NCBI GenBank assembly: GCA_963764625.1
Contig: CAVXTH010000006.1
Location: forward strand, 256,001-320,000
Length of the DNA: 64,000 bases
From: Candidatus Krumholzibacteriota bacterium
GTDB lineage: Bacteria; Krumholzibacteriota; Krumholzibacteriia; JAJRXK01
Direction: 5' to 3'
Within the stretch, counting starts at the first letter, position 1. The number at the start of each line of letters is the position of its first letter. The notes below the pieces were generated by a model that worked only from the letters and a program-made list of their open reading frames with translations, was not told the origin of the DNA and did not search any database. Of this stretch, positions 37,820 through 48,311 are shown piece after piece. Position numbers and translations under genes: made by a program.

Positions 37820-39550
37820 ATGTCCTATCAGGTGCTCGCGCGCAGATGGCGCCCCCAAACTTTCGGCGACATCGTCGGTCAGGAACATGTGACCGCCACC
37901 CTGGCCAACGCGCTGGCCAAGGGCCGCGTGGCGCACGCCTATCTCTTCACCGGTCCCCGGGGCTGTGGCAAGACCACAATGGCGCGGCTTCTCGCGAAAG
38001 CGCTCAATTGCGATGAAGGTCCCACCGCGGCGCCGTGCGGAGTCTGTCCCAGCTGCAAAGGAATCGCCGAAGGGAACATGTTGGATGTTCTCGAAATCGA
38101 TGCCGCATCGCATACCGGGGTCGACAACATTCGCGAGCTGCGGGAGAACGCGCAGTATCAACCTTCGGCAGGCAAGAAGCGCATCTTCATCATCGATGAA
38201 GTGCACATGCTCAGCAAAGGCGCGTTCAACGCTCTGTTGAAGACGCTCGAAGAGCCGCCCGAACACGTCCATTTCATTTTCGCCACCACAGAACCGGCGC
38301 GAATCCCGCGGACCATTCTCTCGCGCTGTCAGCGTTTCGATTTTCGACTCTTCACTCTGAAGGAGATTCGCCAGCGGCTCGAACTCATCGTGAAAGACGA
38401 GAAACGTGAGGTCAGTGAGGATGCTCTGGAACTTCTCGCCGCCATGGCGGAGGGGAGCATGCGCGATGCCCTGAGTCTTCTCGATCAGGCGTTTTCCTCG
38501 GTGGACGGGAAGCTCGAGAAAGACGCCGTCATGGGTCTCTTCGGTCTCGCCGGACCCGATACTTACCTCGCGCTCAATGATGCCATCCTCGCTCGCGACA
38601 GCCGCGCCGCCCTCGACCTGGTCGACGAGCTCAATCAATCGGGATTCGACCTGGTCGATTTCGCGCGCGGACTGGTCGGTAATTTCCGCGACCTCCTGCT
38701 CATTTGTCTCGATGAGGAACTCGCGAGCCGGGTGGAAAAACCCGAAGCGGTGAAGAAGCGAATGCACGAGCAAGCCCGGGAGTTCTCGCCGCAAGATTTG
38801 CTCTATCTCACCCAGCGCGCGGCGGAGAATTACAGCCGGCTCGAGAGGGCTCCTCAGCCCCGTTGGTTGCTCGAGGCCCAGATCGTCGAATACACGCGGA
38901 TGGAGAGTCAGGTTCTCCTCAGCGAGATCTTGGGCCGTCTCCAGGAGCTTCAGGGAGACGGCCAGGGCGGGACGAGTTCCGGTCTGGAGGGAGGGAAGCC
39001 CTCCGTCGGCGCTTCGCCTCCACGCGAGGGCAAGGCGCGGGCGAAACGCGCTTCCAGTCAGACTTCGTCCACTCCGGACGGTGATTCCGCCAAGAAGGGC
39101 AGCTCACGGCCAGCGGCTCGCATGGCGGATGAGGTGGAACTTTCAGCGCCCGGCGAGATCGACACGACCGCGGCATTCACCAGCCTGGCCAGTCGCGTCT
39201 GCTCGGACAACATGGGATTGGGCACCTGTCTGTTGAATGCGGTGCCACTGGTGGAGGGTGATCGCTTGCTTCTGAAGTTCGCGCCCGAGCACGAGTTCCA
39301 TCGCGGGCAGCTGAAAGAGAAGAAAACCCTGCTCTGGCTGAGTTCCCTGACCCCCGAGTGCTTTGGGCGGAGACTGCAGATCGTGACGGTCTCGTCGTCG
39401 CCCGATTCCCAGGAGGACCTCGTGCGTTCGCGAGTGCAACGAGAGATCGCTCCCACCGCGAAGCAGAGGATCGAGAAGCTCAGTCAAAAACACCCCGGAT
39501 TGAATCATCTGCTCACGAGTCTGGGTGGCCGGGTCACCGACGAGAGCTGA
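37820..39550 (+). CDS. dnaX: DNA polymerase III subunit gamma/tau
   Basis: YQVLARRWRPQTF, GPRGCGKTT, EIDAAS, IIDEVHMLS, FNALLKTLEEPP, SRCQRF. Confidence 0.97.
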   Translation: MSYQVLARRWRPQTFGDIVGQEHVTATLANALAKGRVAHAYLFTGPRGCGKTTMARLLAKALNCDEGPTAAPCGVCPSCKGIAEGNMLDVLEIDAASHTGVDNIRELRENAQYQPSAGKKRIFIIDEVHMLSKGAFNALLKTLEEPPEHVHFIFATTEPARIPRTILSRCQRFDFRLFTLKEIRQRLELIVKDEKREVSEDALELLAAMAEGSMRDALSLLDQAFSSVDGKLEKDAVMGLFGLAGPDTYLALNDAILARDSRAALDLVDELNQSGFDLVDFARGLVGNFRDLLLICLDEELASRVEKPEAVKKRMHEQAREFSPQDLLYLTQRAAENYSRLERAPQPRWLLEAQIVEYTRMESQVLLSEILGRLQELQGDGQGGTSSGLEGGKPSVGASPPREGKARAKRASSQTSSTPDGDSAKKGSSRPAARMADEVELSAPGEIDTTAAFTSLASRVCSDNMGLGTCLLNAVPLVEGDRLLLKFAPEHEFHRGQLKEKKTLLWLSSLTPECFGRRLQIVTVSSSPDSQEDLVRSRVQREIAPTAKQRIEKLSQKHPGLNHLLTSLGGRVTDES

Positions 39551-39579
39551 ACACTGACCCTCAACCAGGACACCACACC

Positions 39580-39888
39580 ATGGACATGAATCACTTGATG
39601 AAGCAGGCCCAACAGATGCAGCAGCAGATGCAGAAGGCGCAGGAGGAGCTGGCCGAACGGACCGTCGAGGCGGAGAGCGGTGGGGGAATGGTCAAGGTGG
39701 TGCTCAACGGAAAACAGGAGCTGGTCTCCATTCACATCGATCCCAAAGCGGTGGATGCCGAGGAAGTGGATCTGCTCGAGGACCTGATTCTGGCCGCGGT
39801 GCAGGAAGGTCAGAAGAGGGTGGCGCAAATGAGCCAAGAATCCCTGGGTAAGGTCACCGGCGGTCTCTCCTTCCCCGGCCTCTTCTAG
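39580..39888 (+). CDS. ybaB: YbaB/EbfC nucleoid-associated protein
   Basis: MKQAQQMQ, SGGGMVKV, LEDLILAA. Confidence 0.95.
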   Translation: MDMNHLMKQAQQMQQQMQKAQEELAERTVEAESGGGMVKVVLNGKQELVSIHIDPKAVDAEEVDLLEDLILAAVQEGQKRVAQMSQESLGKVTGGLSFPGLF

Positions 39889-39898
39889 GCATCATCCC

Positions 39899-40510
39899 AT
39901 GGAACGACATTTCCTCGGCTCTCCCCGCCTCGAGCATCTGGTCAAGCTCTTCTCGCGCTTCCCCGGCATTGGCAGGAAATCCGCCACGCGGATGGCGTTG
40001 CACGTCTTGGCCGCATCACAGGACGAGGCGGTGGAACTGGCCGACAGCCTGAAGGAGGTCGTGAGCCGGGTCCGCGCCTGCGAGCGCTGCGGAGCCATTT
40101 CCGAGGAGGCGAGTTGCGAGCTCTGCCGCGATCCCCGGCGGCAGGCTGCCCTGCTCTGCGTGGTGGAACAGCCCACCGATATCTTCTCCCTGGAAAAGGC
40201 GGCCGTTTTTCGCGGCCGGTACCACGTCTTGGGAGGGCTTCTCTCTCCCCTGGACGGGGTGGAGGCCTCCGACCTGCGTCTGGGGGTCCTGCGCAAGCGC
40301 GTCGAGGAAGAGGGTGTGAAGGAAGTGGTTCTGGCCCTGCCGGGCAGCGTGGAAGGAGAGGCCACCTCCCTCTACGTCGCGCGCCTTCTCTCGGACAGTG
40401 GCGTTGCGACCAGCCGTCTGGCCACCGGGATCCCGGTGGGGGGACAGCTGGAGTACGTGGACGAGGTGACCCTCGAACGGGCATTCTCCGGCCGCCGTCC
40501 CCTCGACTGA
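39899..40510 (+). CDS. recR: Recombination mediator RecR
   Basis: PGIGRKSA, C4 zinc finger, CVVE, YHVLGG, EGEAT, GIPVGGQLEYVD. Confidence 0.96.
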   Translation: MERHFLGSPRLEHLVKLFSRFPGIGRKSATRMALHVLAASQDEAVELADSLKEVVSRVRACERCGAISEEASCELCRDPRRQAALLCVVEQPTDIFSLEKAAVFRGRYHVLGGLLSPLDGVEASDLRLGVLRKRVEEEGVKEVVLALPGSVEGEATSLYVARLLSDSGVATSRLATGIPVGGQLEYVDEVTLERAFSGRRPLD

Positions 40511-40751
40511 GATCTTTTGCTTTTTATTCTCCCACGACCCTCCGCGCGCGCTCGCCCTTTCATCTCGGGGCGTGGGGTTCTCTGTGCATGCTTCTTGCGT
40601 GTCAGAGAGGCGTTCCCGGGAGATTGCGGGTCTTCGGTGCCTGTCACCGCGATGCTCTCCCTCTGATGCGGGCCGCGATGTCCGATCTTTCTAGTCTCAA
40701 AAGTCCTTCAATGAGAAGGACTTGTATGAGTGAGAGTGGAGCGAGGCAAAC

Positions 40752-41255
40752 ATGGTCAAGGCCGATTGGTCGATCTTCGAAGAGGACTACTGGGCCATCA
40801 ACAGTATCCTCTCCGATTTGCTCAAGAGCAGCAATTCGCGTTCGACGCTTCTCATCGACCGCACGGGACAGCTCATCAGCAAGGTGGGGATGCCACCGGA
40901 CTTCGATATGATGTCCTTCGCCAGTCTCTGTGCCGCGGATTTCGAAGCAAACAATCAACTGGCCCAGCTCATCGGAGAAAAGGACTTCTCGACCCTCTAC
41001 CACCAGGGTGCCGAGGAGAGCATGTATCTGAGCAAAATCGTTCGGGACGTGATTCTCGTGGTCCTCTTCGACAAGAGCACGACGCTCGGCCTGGTGCGCC
41101 TGAGGGTCAAGCGGGCAGTGGGGGAACTGTCTACCATCGTGGAGAGCTTGTTCCAGAAACTCGAGTATCGGAACGAAGAGTACGATACGCCGCTCATGGA
41201 TGAAGAGTTCACCAAGGAAGTCGAGGCTGAAATCGATAGCCTCTTCGCAGACTAG
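40752..41255 (+). CDS. mglB: MglB roadblock/LC7 protein (MglA GAP)
   Basis: LIDRTGQLI, ASLCAADFxA..QLAQLIGEKDFSTLYHQG, FD..TTLGLVRLRVK. Confidence 0.92.
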   Translation: MVKADWSIFEEDYWAINSILSDLLKSSNSRSTLLIDRTGQLISKVGMPPDFDMMSFASLCAADFEANNQLAQLIGEKDFSTLYHQGAEESMYLSKIVRDVILVVLFDKSTTLGLVRLRVKRAVGELSTIVESLFQKLEYRNEEYDTPLMDEEFTKEVEAEIDSLFAD

Positions 41256-41276
41256 AGCCACCCAGGGGATGAATCC

Positions 41277-41855
41277 GTGTCGCTGATCAATTACAGCTCT
41301 CGCGAGATCAACTGCAAAATCGTCTACTACGGTCCTGGTCTGGGCGGGAAGACCACGAACATCCAGTACGTCTACGACAAGGTGTCACCGGATACCAAGG
41401 GCAAGCTCGTTACTCTGGCGACCGAGATGGATCGAACCCTCTTCTTCGATTTTCTGCCCCTCGAGCTCGGGACCGTGAAGGGATTCAAGACTCGCTTTCA
41501 TCTCTACACCGTTCCGGGACAGGTGTACTACAACGCGTCGCGAAAGCTCATTCTGCGAGGCGTCGACGGCATCGTCTTCGTGGCCGACAGCGACGAAAAT
41601 CGGATCGACGCCAACATCGAGTGCCTGTACAACCTCCACGAGAACCTGGCGGAACATAACTTGAAGCTCGAGGAACTTCCCTTCGTGCTGCAATGGAACA
41701 AACGCGATCTGCCCAGCGCTCTTCCCGTGGCGAATCTGGAGGAAGAGTTGAATCCGGAGAAGCACGCCGCGTTCGAAGCGGTGGCGGTCAAGGGCCAGGG
41801 AGTCTTCGAGACTCTGAAACAAGTTTCCAAGATGGTGTTGCACAAGCTCAACTGA
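41277..41855 (+). CDS. mglA: MglA small Ras-like GTPase
   Basis: [46 protein letters not shown]. Confidence 0.96.
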   Translation: MSLINYSSREINCKIVYYGPGLGGKTTNIQYVYDKVSPDTKGKLVTLATEMDRTLFFDFLPLELGTVKGFKTRFHLYTVPGQVYYNASRKLILRGVDGIVFVADSDENRIDANIECLYNLHENLAEHNLKLEELPFVLQWNKRDLPSALPVANLEEELNPEKHAAFEAVAVKGQGVFETLKQVSKMVLHKLN

Positions 41856-41913
41856 GCTTTCCGTTCCTTAGGGAAACGAAAAGACACCATCCAGCTCCGG
41901 GCGAGGCGCCCCC

Positions 41914-44008
41914 CTACCTGAGGCCATTTGGCTGACTGCGTGGAGGGGCGCCTTTATTGTCGTGTGCCGTCGGTAAACCGGAAAGGTGCCTCGTCCAGAT
42001 TTGAAACTTCGAAGTCTTCGCATCGACTTCCTGGAATCCACACTCCGAGCTGGCCGAAAAGGCGTGGTTGGTTTGCTGGTCGAGGTTCTCTACACACCAC
42101 CCATCGATGGAATTACGCTCTGCGAGGGCGCAGATGCTCTTTGAGCTGTGGAGACGGTTATCCGGTTGGGAGACCGAACCCATGAGCGCGCGGCGGAACT
42201 CCAACTCGGTCGAGTCGACGCGAAGTGCCAAATAGCATTGATAGTACAAGCGAGTATAGAGAGGGTATACCGGCTTGCTAAAGGTGGGTACCCAGACCGC
42301 GACTTGTTCAGGGGCGATCACCTGTGCGCCCGCATCGACGCTGTTCACGAGACACTTTGCGGCCTCATAAGTCTTCCATCGGCGCCTTCACCCGCGGCGG
42401 CCAGTGCCACTCGTTCCCGTTCTGCGCCGCTAGCGTCGTACGCCCCACACTCGTCGACAGCAGCCAGGCCGCGAACACCGCGGTGACTTCCCATTGGAAT
42501 CTCTTTCTCGACTCCAGGATCACGAGGGGAGCGCAGAGTCCGACTGCGATGAAGTGGGGCAGCGGAATGGCCCAGAAGGCACGGAACCAAACATCGTGGC
42601 TTTGGGGCGTCGTGGCGAAGAGACGCACTGCGATCGGATTGAAAGCCAGGAGGAAGAAAGCGAGCGGTAAGACGACCATCATGCGCGCGACGCGCCGATC
42701 GCGAGGGATGCTCCATGCGCTGAACATGAAGAACAGTGCGAGTAATCGCATCCGGCCCTGACCCAGGGTCACCCTGATACTGTCGACCAGGACATAAGAA
42801 TGATCGGCGGCCCCGCTGGTGGGAGGGCACACCTTCAAGAGGGCCGTGGACATGGCGTGCATGGGAGAAGCCAGGACTGCGACCATGAGCAAGGGATAGA
42901 ACGAGGCAAAAAGTCCCAAAATCACCCGACGATCGAGGCGACGATCCCACGAGCCCAATATCGAGAGCCAGGCCACCGCCGGGGCCAGGAAGACGGCGCT
43001 GAAGTTCATACCCACCGCCATGATCTGGGACGCGAACAAGAGAAAGGCATTGGCTCTCGTCGGTTGTTTCGTGTAGCGCAAGGCGTAGGCTGCAATGAGT
43101 GGAAGCGCCACCGTCACGAGGGCGCTCTTTCCCTGCTGCATACGAACGAAGGCGAAGTTGCCGTACGAGGCGTGCGCGTCGCCCATGCACACGAGCACCA
43201 CGAGCCCCAGGACCGTCGCGAGCAACCAATAGTGGGGGAGGAGTTTCTTCAGAAGAAGGGAGATCGCGAAGGGGGCAAGGAACGCTGCGAAGCAGGCCAG
43301 AATCCAGTGCAGGGCCAGGATGGGGGCGATACCCGTGACGCAGCTGATTGCGGCGGCGAGGGGTTCCCACGAGTGAATTCGATACCCAGGTAGTATCACC
43401 GGCTGGTTGGGGAACCCGAAGATTCCATCGTGCTGGAGGAAAGGCGCGTGTGGATTCTCTGCCGCTCGGGCTGCCACGTTGATATAGAAGCAATCGTCCG
43501 CGTCGGGGCGGTGCGCTGCGAGGGTGAGGATCAAAAGAGCCACTCCGAGAACCAGAAGTGCAGGATCTCCCCCCCGGTGCGGTTGGGTCGCTTGGCGAGG
43601 CCGGCGGTAGGTGGAGATGAGAGCGCCCAGAAGAAGGACGATTCCGGCCTGCGCCAGGAGGCTGGGATCCTGATGCAGAGCGAAGAGCACGACGACCCCG
43701 AACGCACCGAGGGCGGCGCAGGCGATGCGAAACAGGTCGGATTGGAAGAAGCGTCGAGATCTCTCGGGCGCGGGCTCGACCAGGGTCTCGGGAAATTCGG
43801 TCTCGTCCAACCAGCCCAGGGAGGACTTGCCGCTGCGGTGTCGCGCGAGGGCGAGAAGCCCTAGAACCGTGAGACACACCATATAGGCCGCAATCAAGAG
43901 ACCGAGCGACAGGCCGATCCAAACGGCGAGGTTGCAGAGCACGGTCCAGAGAGCGAGCAGGAGCACGACGACCCCGCAGATTCTCTCGGCCATACCCTTC
44001 AGTGTCAT
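41914..44008 (-). pseudogene. Polytopic membrane protein (DUF6077-like, possible GT-C fold), +1 frameshift near 42369
   Basis: RPDADDCFY, FVRMQQGKS, many TMs; removing one T from GAC-T-TAT-GAG joins ORF 42365-44008 to ORF 41914-42348. Confidence 0.65.
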
Positions 44009-44098
44009 GCGATGCCCTCGCGGCAGGTCTTCCGTGGGTCAATTTGGGCCAGTATTACCCGAGCAGGGGTGAGAGCGGCAAGCAGAAGCTTCGCGATC

Positions 44099-44127
44099 TT
44101 GACCGTGGACGCGCGCGCACCTACCCT
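44099..44127 (+). promoter_or_regulatory. Sigma70 promoter, probably giving a leaderless pgpA mRNA
   Basis: TTGACC-17 bp-TACCCT-6 nt-ATG 44134; no SD. Confidence 0.55.
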
Positions 44128-44133
44128 GCCTCC

Positions 44134-44580
44134 ATGAAACGCCGTTTTGGTCACATTTTCGGGACCTTCTTCGGAGTCGGCTTCGTGCCGGTCGTGCCTG
44201 CCACCTGGACCAGCCTGGTGGTGGCGATCCTTTTTTTCGTGGTGCCGGTGCAGGACGCTCGTCTACAAATTCTCTTCATCGTTTTCGCGCTCGTGACCGG
44301 GATTCCCGCCTGTGGATTCCTGGAAGAGGAATTCGGAGAGGACCCCAAGCAGGCGACGATGGACGAAGCCGCGGGAATGGCGATCACTCTGCTCGCGGTT
44401 CCTCTGACTCCCCTCAACGTCTTCGTGGCTTTCGTTCTCTTCCGCGTGTTCGACGTACTCAAACCCCAACCGGCGCGATGGGCAGAGAGCCTGCACGGAG
44501 GTTTGGGAATCATGGCGGACGATCTCATAGCCGGGGTCTATGCACGAGCCGTCATGGCGGTGCTCCTGTGGCTGCTTTGA
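44134..44580 (+). CDS. pgpA: Phosphatidylglycerophosphatase A
   Basis: DP...DE.AG, FRVFDVLKP, GGLGIMADD.IAG. Confidence 0.92.
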   Translation: MKRRFGHIFGTFFGVGFVPVVPATWTSLVVAILFFVVPVQDARLQILFIVFALVTGIPACGFLEEEFGEDPKQATMDEAAGMAITLLAVPLTPLNVFVAFVLFRVFDVLKPQPARWAESLHGGLGIMADDLIAGVYARAVMAVLLWLL

Positions 44581-45836
44581 ATCGCCTTCGGGCCGTCGGC
44601 CTGGTCATGGTGGGGGACGAGATCCTCGATGGGCGGACTCTCGAGACCAACTCCCGGTATCTCATCGAGAGGCTTCGGAGACATCGCGCTAGCGTCGCCT
44701 CCATCCGAATCGTGGCGGATCGGCACGAGGCAATCGTCGAAGCTCTCCGCGAGGCCCAAAGAGAATGCGTGGCCGTGGTGGTCAGCGGTGGGCTCGGACC
44801 CACTCCCGATGACCGCACGCGCGAAGCGTTGGCCGCATTCGTGGATGAACCGCTGGTGCTCGACGAGACACTGGTCGAGAACCTGAAGCAGAGATACCAG
44901 GCGCGCAATCGTCCCATGCCGCAGAGCAATCTGCGCCAAGCGATGAGGACGGTCCATGGGCGCTCCATCGACAACCCGCGCGGCACCGCCCCTGGTCTCT
45001 TGCACCTGTGCGAGGGCGTTCCCATCATCCTGCTCCCCGGCGTCCCGGCCGAATTGAAATCGATGTGGGAGGCTACCGCGGAAAGCATCGTGTTTCCCCT
45101 GGTGGAAAACTCGGCCCCCGAGATCTTGCGACTACGCACCGCACGTCTTTCCGAATCGGTCGCGGCCGATCTGGCCAAGAGCATCGATCTCGACCCCACG
45201 CTCTGCGATCTTTCGTTCTGCGTGACTCGCTTCGGAGTCGATGTGTTGCTCACCAGCAAGAGAGAGAGAACCGATCTGTCGCCACTCGCGCGCCCGCTGG
45301 TGGAGGCGCTCGGTGAGAGTCTCTACGCCGTGGGTGAGCGCGGACTCGACGAGGTGGTCAGCGAATCACTCGCCTCCAGAGAGGAGACGGTGGCCGTGGC
45401 CGAGTCCTGCACTGGAGGACTCTTGGGGGCCGCTCTCAGTGCGTGGCCCGGAAGCAGCCGCAGCTTCCTGGGTGGAATCGTGGCGTACTCCAATCAGGTC
45501 AAAGAGGAGCAGCTCGGCCTGAGTGCCGCCCTGCTGGCCGAGCACGGAGCGGTGAGCCGCGAAGTGGCTCAGGCCATGGCACGCGGAGTCCGCAATCGGC
45601 TCGGCTCGGACTGGGCGCTGGCGATCACCGGGATCGCCGGCCCCGAGGGCGACACGAGTGGAAAGCCGGTGGGCACGGTCCATATTGCGCTGGAAGGCGC
45701 CACCCACTCCGATTCCCTTCTGCTTCACCTTCCCGGCGACCGCGCGCAGAACCGACAGTGGAGTGTCGCTGCCGCCCTCGACCTTCTGCGCCGCGCCATG
45801 GGGGTCAGCGTGTCCGCCGATTCACTCTCGCGATGA
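44577..45836 (+). CDS. cinA: CinA-family NMN deamidase with molybdopterin-binding domain
   Basis: GDEILDG, GGLGPTPDDRT, PGVPAE, AESCTGG, HGAVS, ITGIAGP. Confidence 0.93.
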   Translation: MNRLRAVGLVMVGDEILDGRTLETNSRYLIERLRRHRASVASIRIVADRHEAIVEALREAQRECVAVVVSGGLGPTPDDRTREALAAFVDEPLVLDETLVENLKQRYQARNRPMPQSNLRQAMRTVHGRSIDNPRGTAPGLLHLCEGVPIILLPGVPAELKSMWEATAESIVFPLVENSAPEILRLRTARLSESVAADLAKSIDLDPTLCDLSFCVTRFGVDVLLTSKRERTDLSPLARPLVEALGESLYAVGERGLDEVVSESLASREETVAVAESCTGGLLGAALSAWPGSSRSFLGGIVAYSNQVKEEQLGLSAALLAEHGAVSREVAQAMARGVRNRLGSDWALAITGIAGPEGDTSGKPVGTVHIALEGATHSDSLLLHLPGDRAQNRQWSVAAALDLLRRAMGVSVSADSLSR

Positions 45837-46396
45837 GGCTCTTTCTCGCCGTCGTTCCACCCGGCTCGATTCGCCGTGAAGTGGCACTCGCGGTGGAGGA
45901 ATTCGCGCGCCGCGGCGTGGGCCACTTCGTGATCGAGGACAATCTCCATCTCAGCCTGAAGTTTCTGGGAGAGACGCCTGACACTCTCGTCCCCCGCATC
46001 CAAGAGGCCACCGAAGCCTGTTTGCACCGCGCGCCTTTCGAACTCCAGTGGGGGGGAGTGGGCGTATTTCCCAATCCCTCTCGCGCGCGAGTGGTCTATC
46101 TGAGCGTGGGCTCGGAGCGGGACGAGCTGCTCGTGCTGGCACGCGATCTGACGGAGAGCCTCCGCCGCGAGCTTCCTGGCAAGAAAGAGCTGCAAGACGG
46201 CCGGCCCTTCCGCGGCCACCTCACTCTTGCCCGATTCAAGCAACCACCTCCGGATTCCTACCTGGAGGAGCTGCGGAATGAGCTGACCCCGCTCTCGTGG
46301 CGCAGCACTCTCTCGTCGGTGGTTTTGGTGCGGAGCGTCTTGAGGCCGCAGGGCGCGCATTACACGGCGCTTTCCGAGCATTCCCTAGGGGATTGA
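45833..46396 (+). CDS. thpR: RNA 2',3'-cyclic phosphodiesterase (2H family)
   Basis: MRLFLA, HLSLKFLG and HLTLAR (two HxT/S motifs). Confidence 0.9.
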   Translation: MRLFLAVVPPGSIRREVALAVEEFARRGVGHFVIEDNLHLSLKFLGETPDTLVPRIQEATEACLHRAPFELQWGGVGVFPNPSRARVVYLSVGSERDELLVLARDLTESLRRELPGKKELQDGRPFRGHLTLARFKQPPPDSYLEELRNELTPLSWRSTLSSVVLVRSVLRPQGAHYTALSEHSLGD

Positions 46397-46415
46397 ATCC
46401 CGCCCGCCGGCCGCC

Positions 46416-46444
46416 TTGCGTAAGGTGGAAGCGCGTGCTAGAGT
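46416..46444 (+). promoter_or_regulatory. Sigma70 promoter of recA
   Basis: TTGCGT-17 bp-TAGAGT with extended TG. Confidence 0.6.
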
Positions 46445-46545
46445 GCCGCTTGCGGCGTCGATCCGGGCTACCCCACGGGCTCGGTCTCTCTTTCGACAAT
46501 CCTCCCGAGAGATGTACATCCAGCTTCCACCAGGAAGGGTAATTC

Positions 46546-47655
46546 ATGGCTAAGGACTTAAGAGACGACCGCCTCCAAGCACTGGAACTCACGAGAGCCC
46601 AAATCGAAAAACAATACGGCAAGGGCGCGCTCATGCGCCTGGGAGATGAAGGCGCCGTCGACGACGTCATTCCCATCTCCACCGGAAGCGTCTCCCTCGA
46701 CATCGCCATCGGCATTGGAGGCTTGCCTCGAGGGCGAGTGTCCGAAGTCTACGGCCCCGAGGGAAGCGGCAAGACGACCCTTTGTCTTTCCGTCATTGCC
46801 AATGCGCAACGCGAGGGAGGGATGGCGGCATTCATCGACGCCGAGCACGCGATGGATCCCATCTACGCACGCCGCTTGGGGGTGGATATCGACAATCTGC
46901 TCGTCAGCCAACCCGATACCGGCGAGCAGGCCCTGGAGATCACGGAGATGCTGGTCCGTAGCGGCGCCCTCGATGTCATCGTCATCGATTCGGTGGCCGC
47001 ATTGGTGCCCCGCGCGGAGATCGAGGGCGAGATGGGTGATCAGCATGTGGGCTTGCAGGCCAGGCTCATGAGCCAAGCCCTCCGCAAACTCACCGGCGCG
47101 ATCAAGAAGACCAATACGATGGTGATCTTCACCAACCAAATCCGTATGAAGATCGGAGTGATGTTCGGCAACCCCGAGACGACTTCCGGAGGAAATGCGC
47201 TCAAGTTCTATGCTTCAGTGCGCCTGGACATCCGGCGCATCGGGGGAATCACCGAAGGTGAGAAGGTCACGGGGAATCGCGTGCGCGTGAAAGTAGTGAA
47301 GAACAAGGTCGCTCCGCCGTTCAAGAAGTGCGAGTTCGACATTCTCTACAACGAAGGCATTTCCTTCGAAGGCGATCTCATCGACCTGGGAGTCGAGGGG
47401 AATTTGATCAAGAAAAGCGGCGCATGGTTCTCGTACGGTGAGGAACGACTGGGGCAAGGGCGCGAAAACGTACGGATCTTCCTCCAGGAAAACACTGACT
47501 TGCGCGCGAAGATCCAGAAGGATGTATTCGAGCACTACGGAATCCCCATGCCCAAAGCCAAAGGCGAGAGGCCGGCGTTGCAGGAGCTTCCGAAATCCTC
47601 CTCCGCCGATGCTTCCCGACACAAGAGCCGTAAGGCGAAGAGTTCGGCGGCGTGA
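46546..47655 (+). CDS. recA: Recombinase RecA
   Basis: [45 protein letters not shown]. Confidence 0.99.
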   Translation: MAKDLRDDRLQALELTRAQIEKQYGKGALMRLGDEGAVDDVIPISTGSVSLDIAIGIGGLPRGRVSEVYGPEGSGKTTLCLSVIANAQREGGMAAFIDAEHAMDPIYARRLGVDIDNLLVSQPDTGEQALEITEMLVRSGALDVIVIDSVAALVPRAEIEGEMGDQHVGLQARLMSQALRKLTGAIKKTNTMVIFTNQIRMKIGVMFGNPETTSGGNALKFYASVRLDIRRIGGITEGEKVTGNRVRVKVVKNKVAPPFKKCEFDILYNEGISFEGDLIDLGVEGNLIKKSGAWFSYGEERLGQGRENVRIFLQENTDLRAKIQKDVFEHYGIPMPKAKGERPALQELPKSSSADASRHKSRKAKSSAA

Positions 47656-48311
47656 ACCGAAGCGATGAAGCGGTCGATCTCACCGGCTGGGACGAGGATT
47701 CCCGAGCCGGGAGCATCACAGTCCACACGAGCGACGGGGCCATCTTCGAGGTGGCCCCGTCGGCGCCTGAACTCAAAGGCCTCGCGCTAGGAAGCCCCCT
47801 CTCGGCGCAACAGCTGGCTGCCCTCGGCTTTGCCGCCACGCGCAAGCAGGTGGCCAAGTCGGCCTTGAAGCTGCTGAATCGGCGCTTCTACTCCTCCTCA
47901 CGCCTGCGGACCCGACTGGTGCAGAGGGACTTTCCCCCGGACGCGGTGGACGTGGTGCTTGGAGAGCTCGCCCGCCAGGGGCTCCTCGATGACCGGCGCT
48001 TCGCGCAGGCGTGGTGTCACGATCAGCTGTTACGGCGGCCAGTGGGTCCGCGCTGGTTGCGCAGCGGCCTTCGCGGTCAGGGGGTCGCCGACGATGCCAT
48101 CGAGGACGCTCTGGCCTCGCTCTTTTCGGGCGACCGCGAGAGGGAGGCCTGCGGACGCGCCCTCGCGACGCGCCACTATTCGCTAAGCGACGAGAAGGGA
48201 AGAGCACGGGCCATGCGCTTTCTGGCCAGCCGTGGATTCTCCGCCTCGTTGGCCCGTGAGCTGATCTTCGAGGCCTCCGAGCGCTTGGAAGCTCGGGAGG
48301 AAGATGCGTGA
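47652..48311 (+). CDS. recX: Regulatory protein RecX
   Basis: ALx[23 protein letters not shown]; overlaps recA stop. Confidence 0.85.
   Translation: MNRSDEAVDLTGWDEDSRAGSITVHTSDGAIFEVAPSAPELKGLALGSPLSAQQLAALGFAATRKQVAKSALKLLNRRFYSSSRLRTRLVQRDFPPDAVDVVLGELARQGLLDDRRFAQAWCHDQLLRRPVGPRWLRSGLRGQGVADDAIEDALASLFSGDREREACGRALATRHYSLSDEKGRARAMRFLASRGFSASLARELIFEASERLEAREEDA

Noticed and set aside
37820-39550. Programmed -1 frameshift in dnaX
   Set aside because: No A-AAA-AAG or long poly-A slippery site seen after domain III.
42360-42370. Selenocysteine or stop read-through at the TGA of the DUF6077-like gene
   Set aside because: The continuation is in a different frame, so it is a frameshift rather than read-through.
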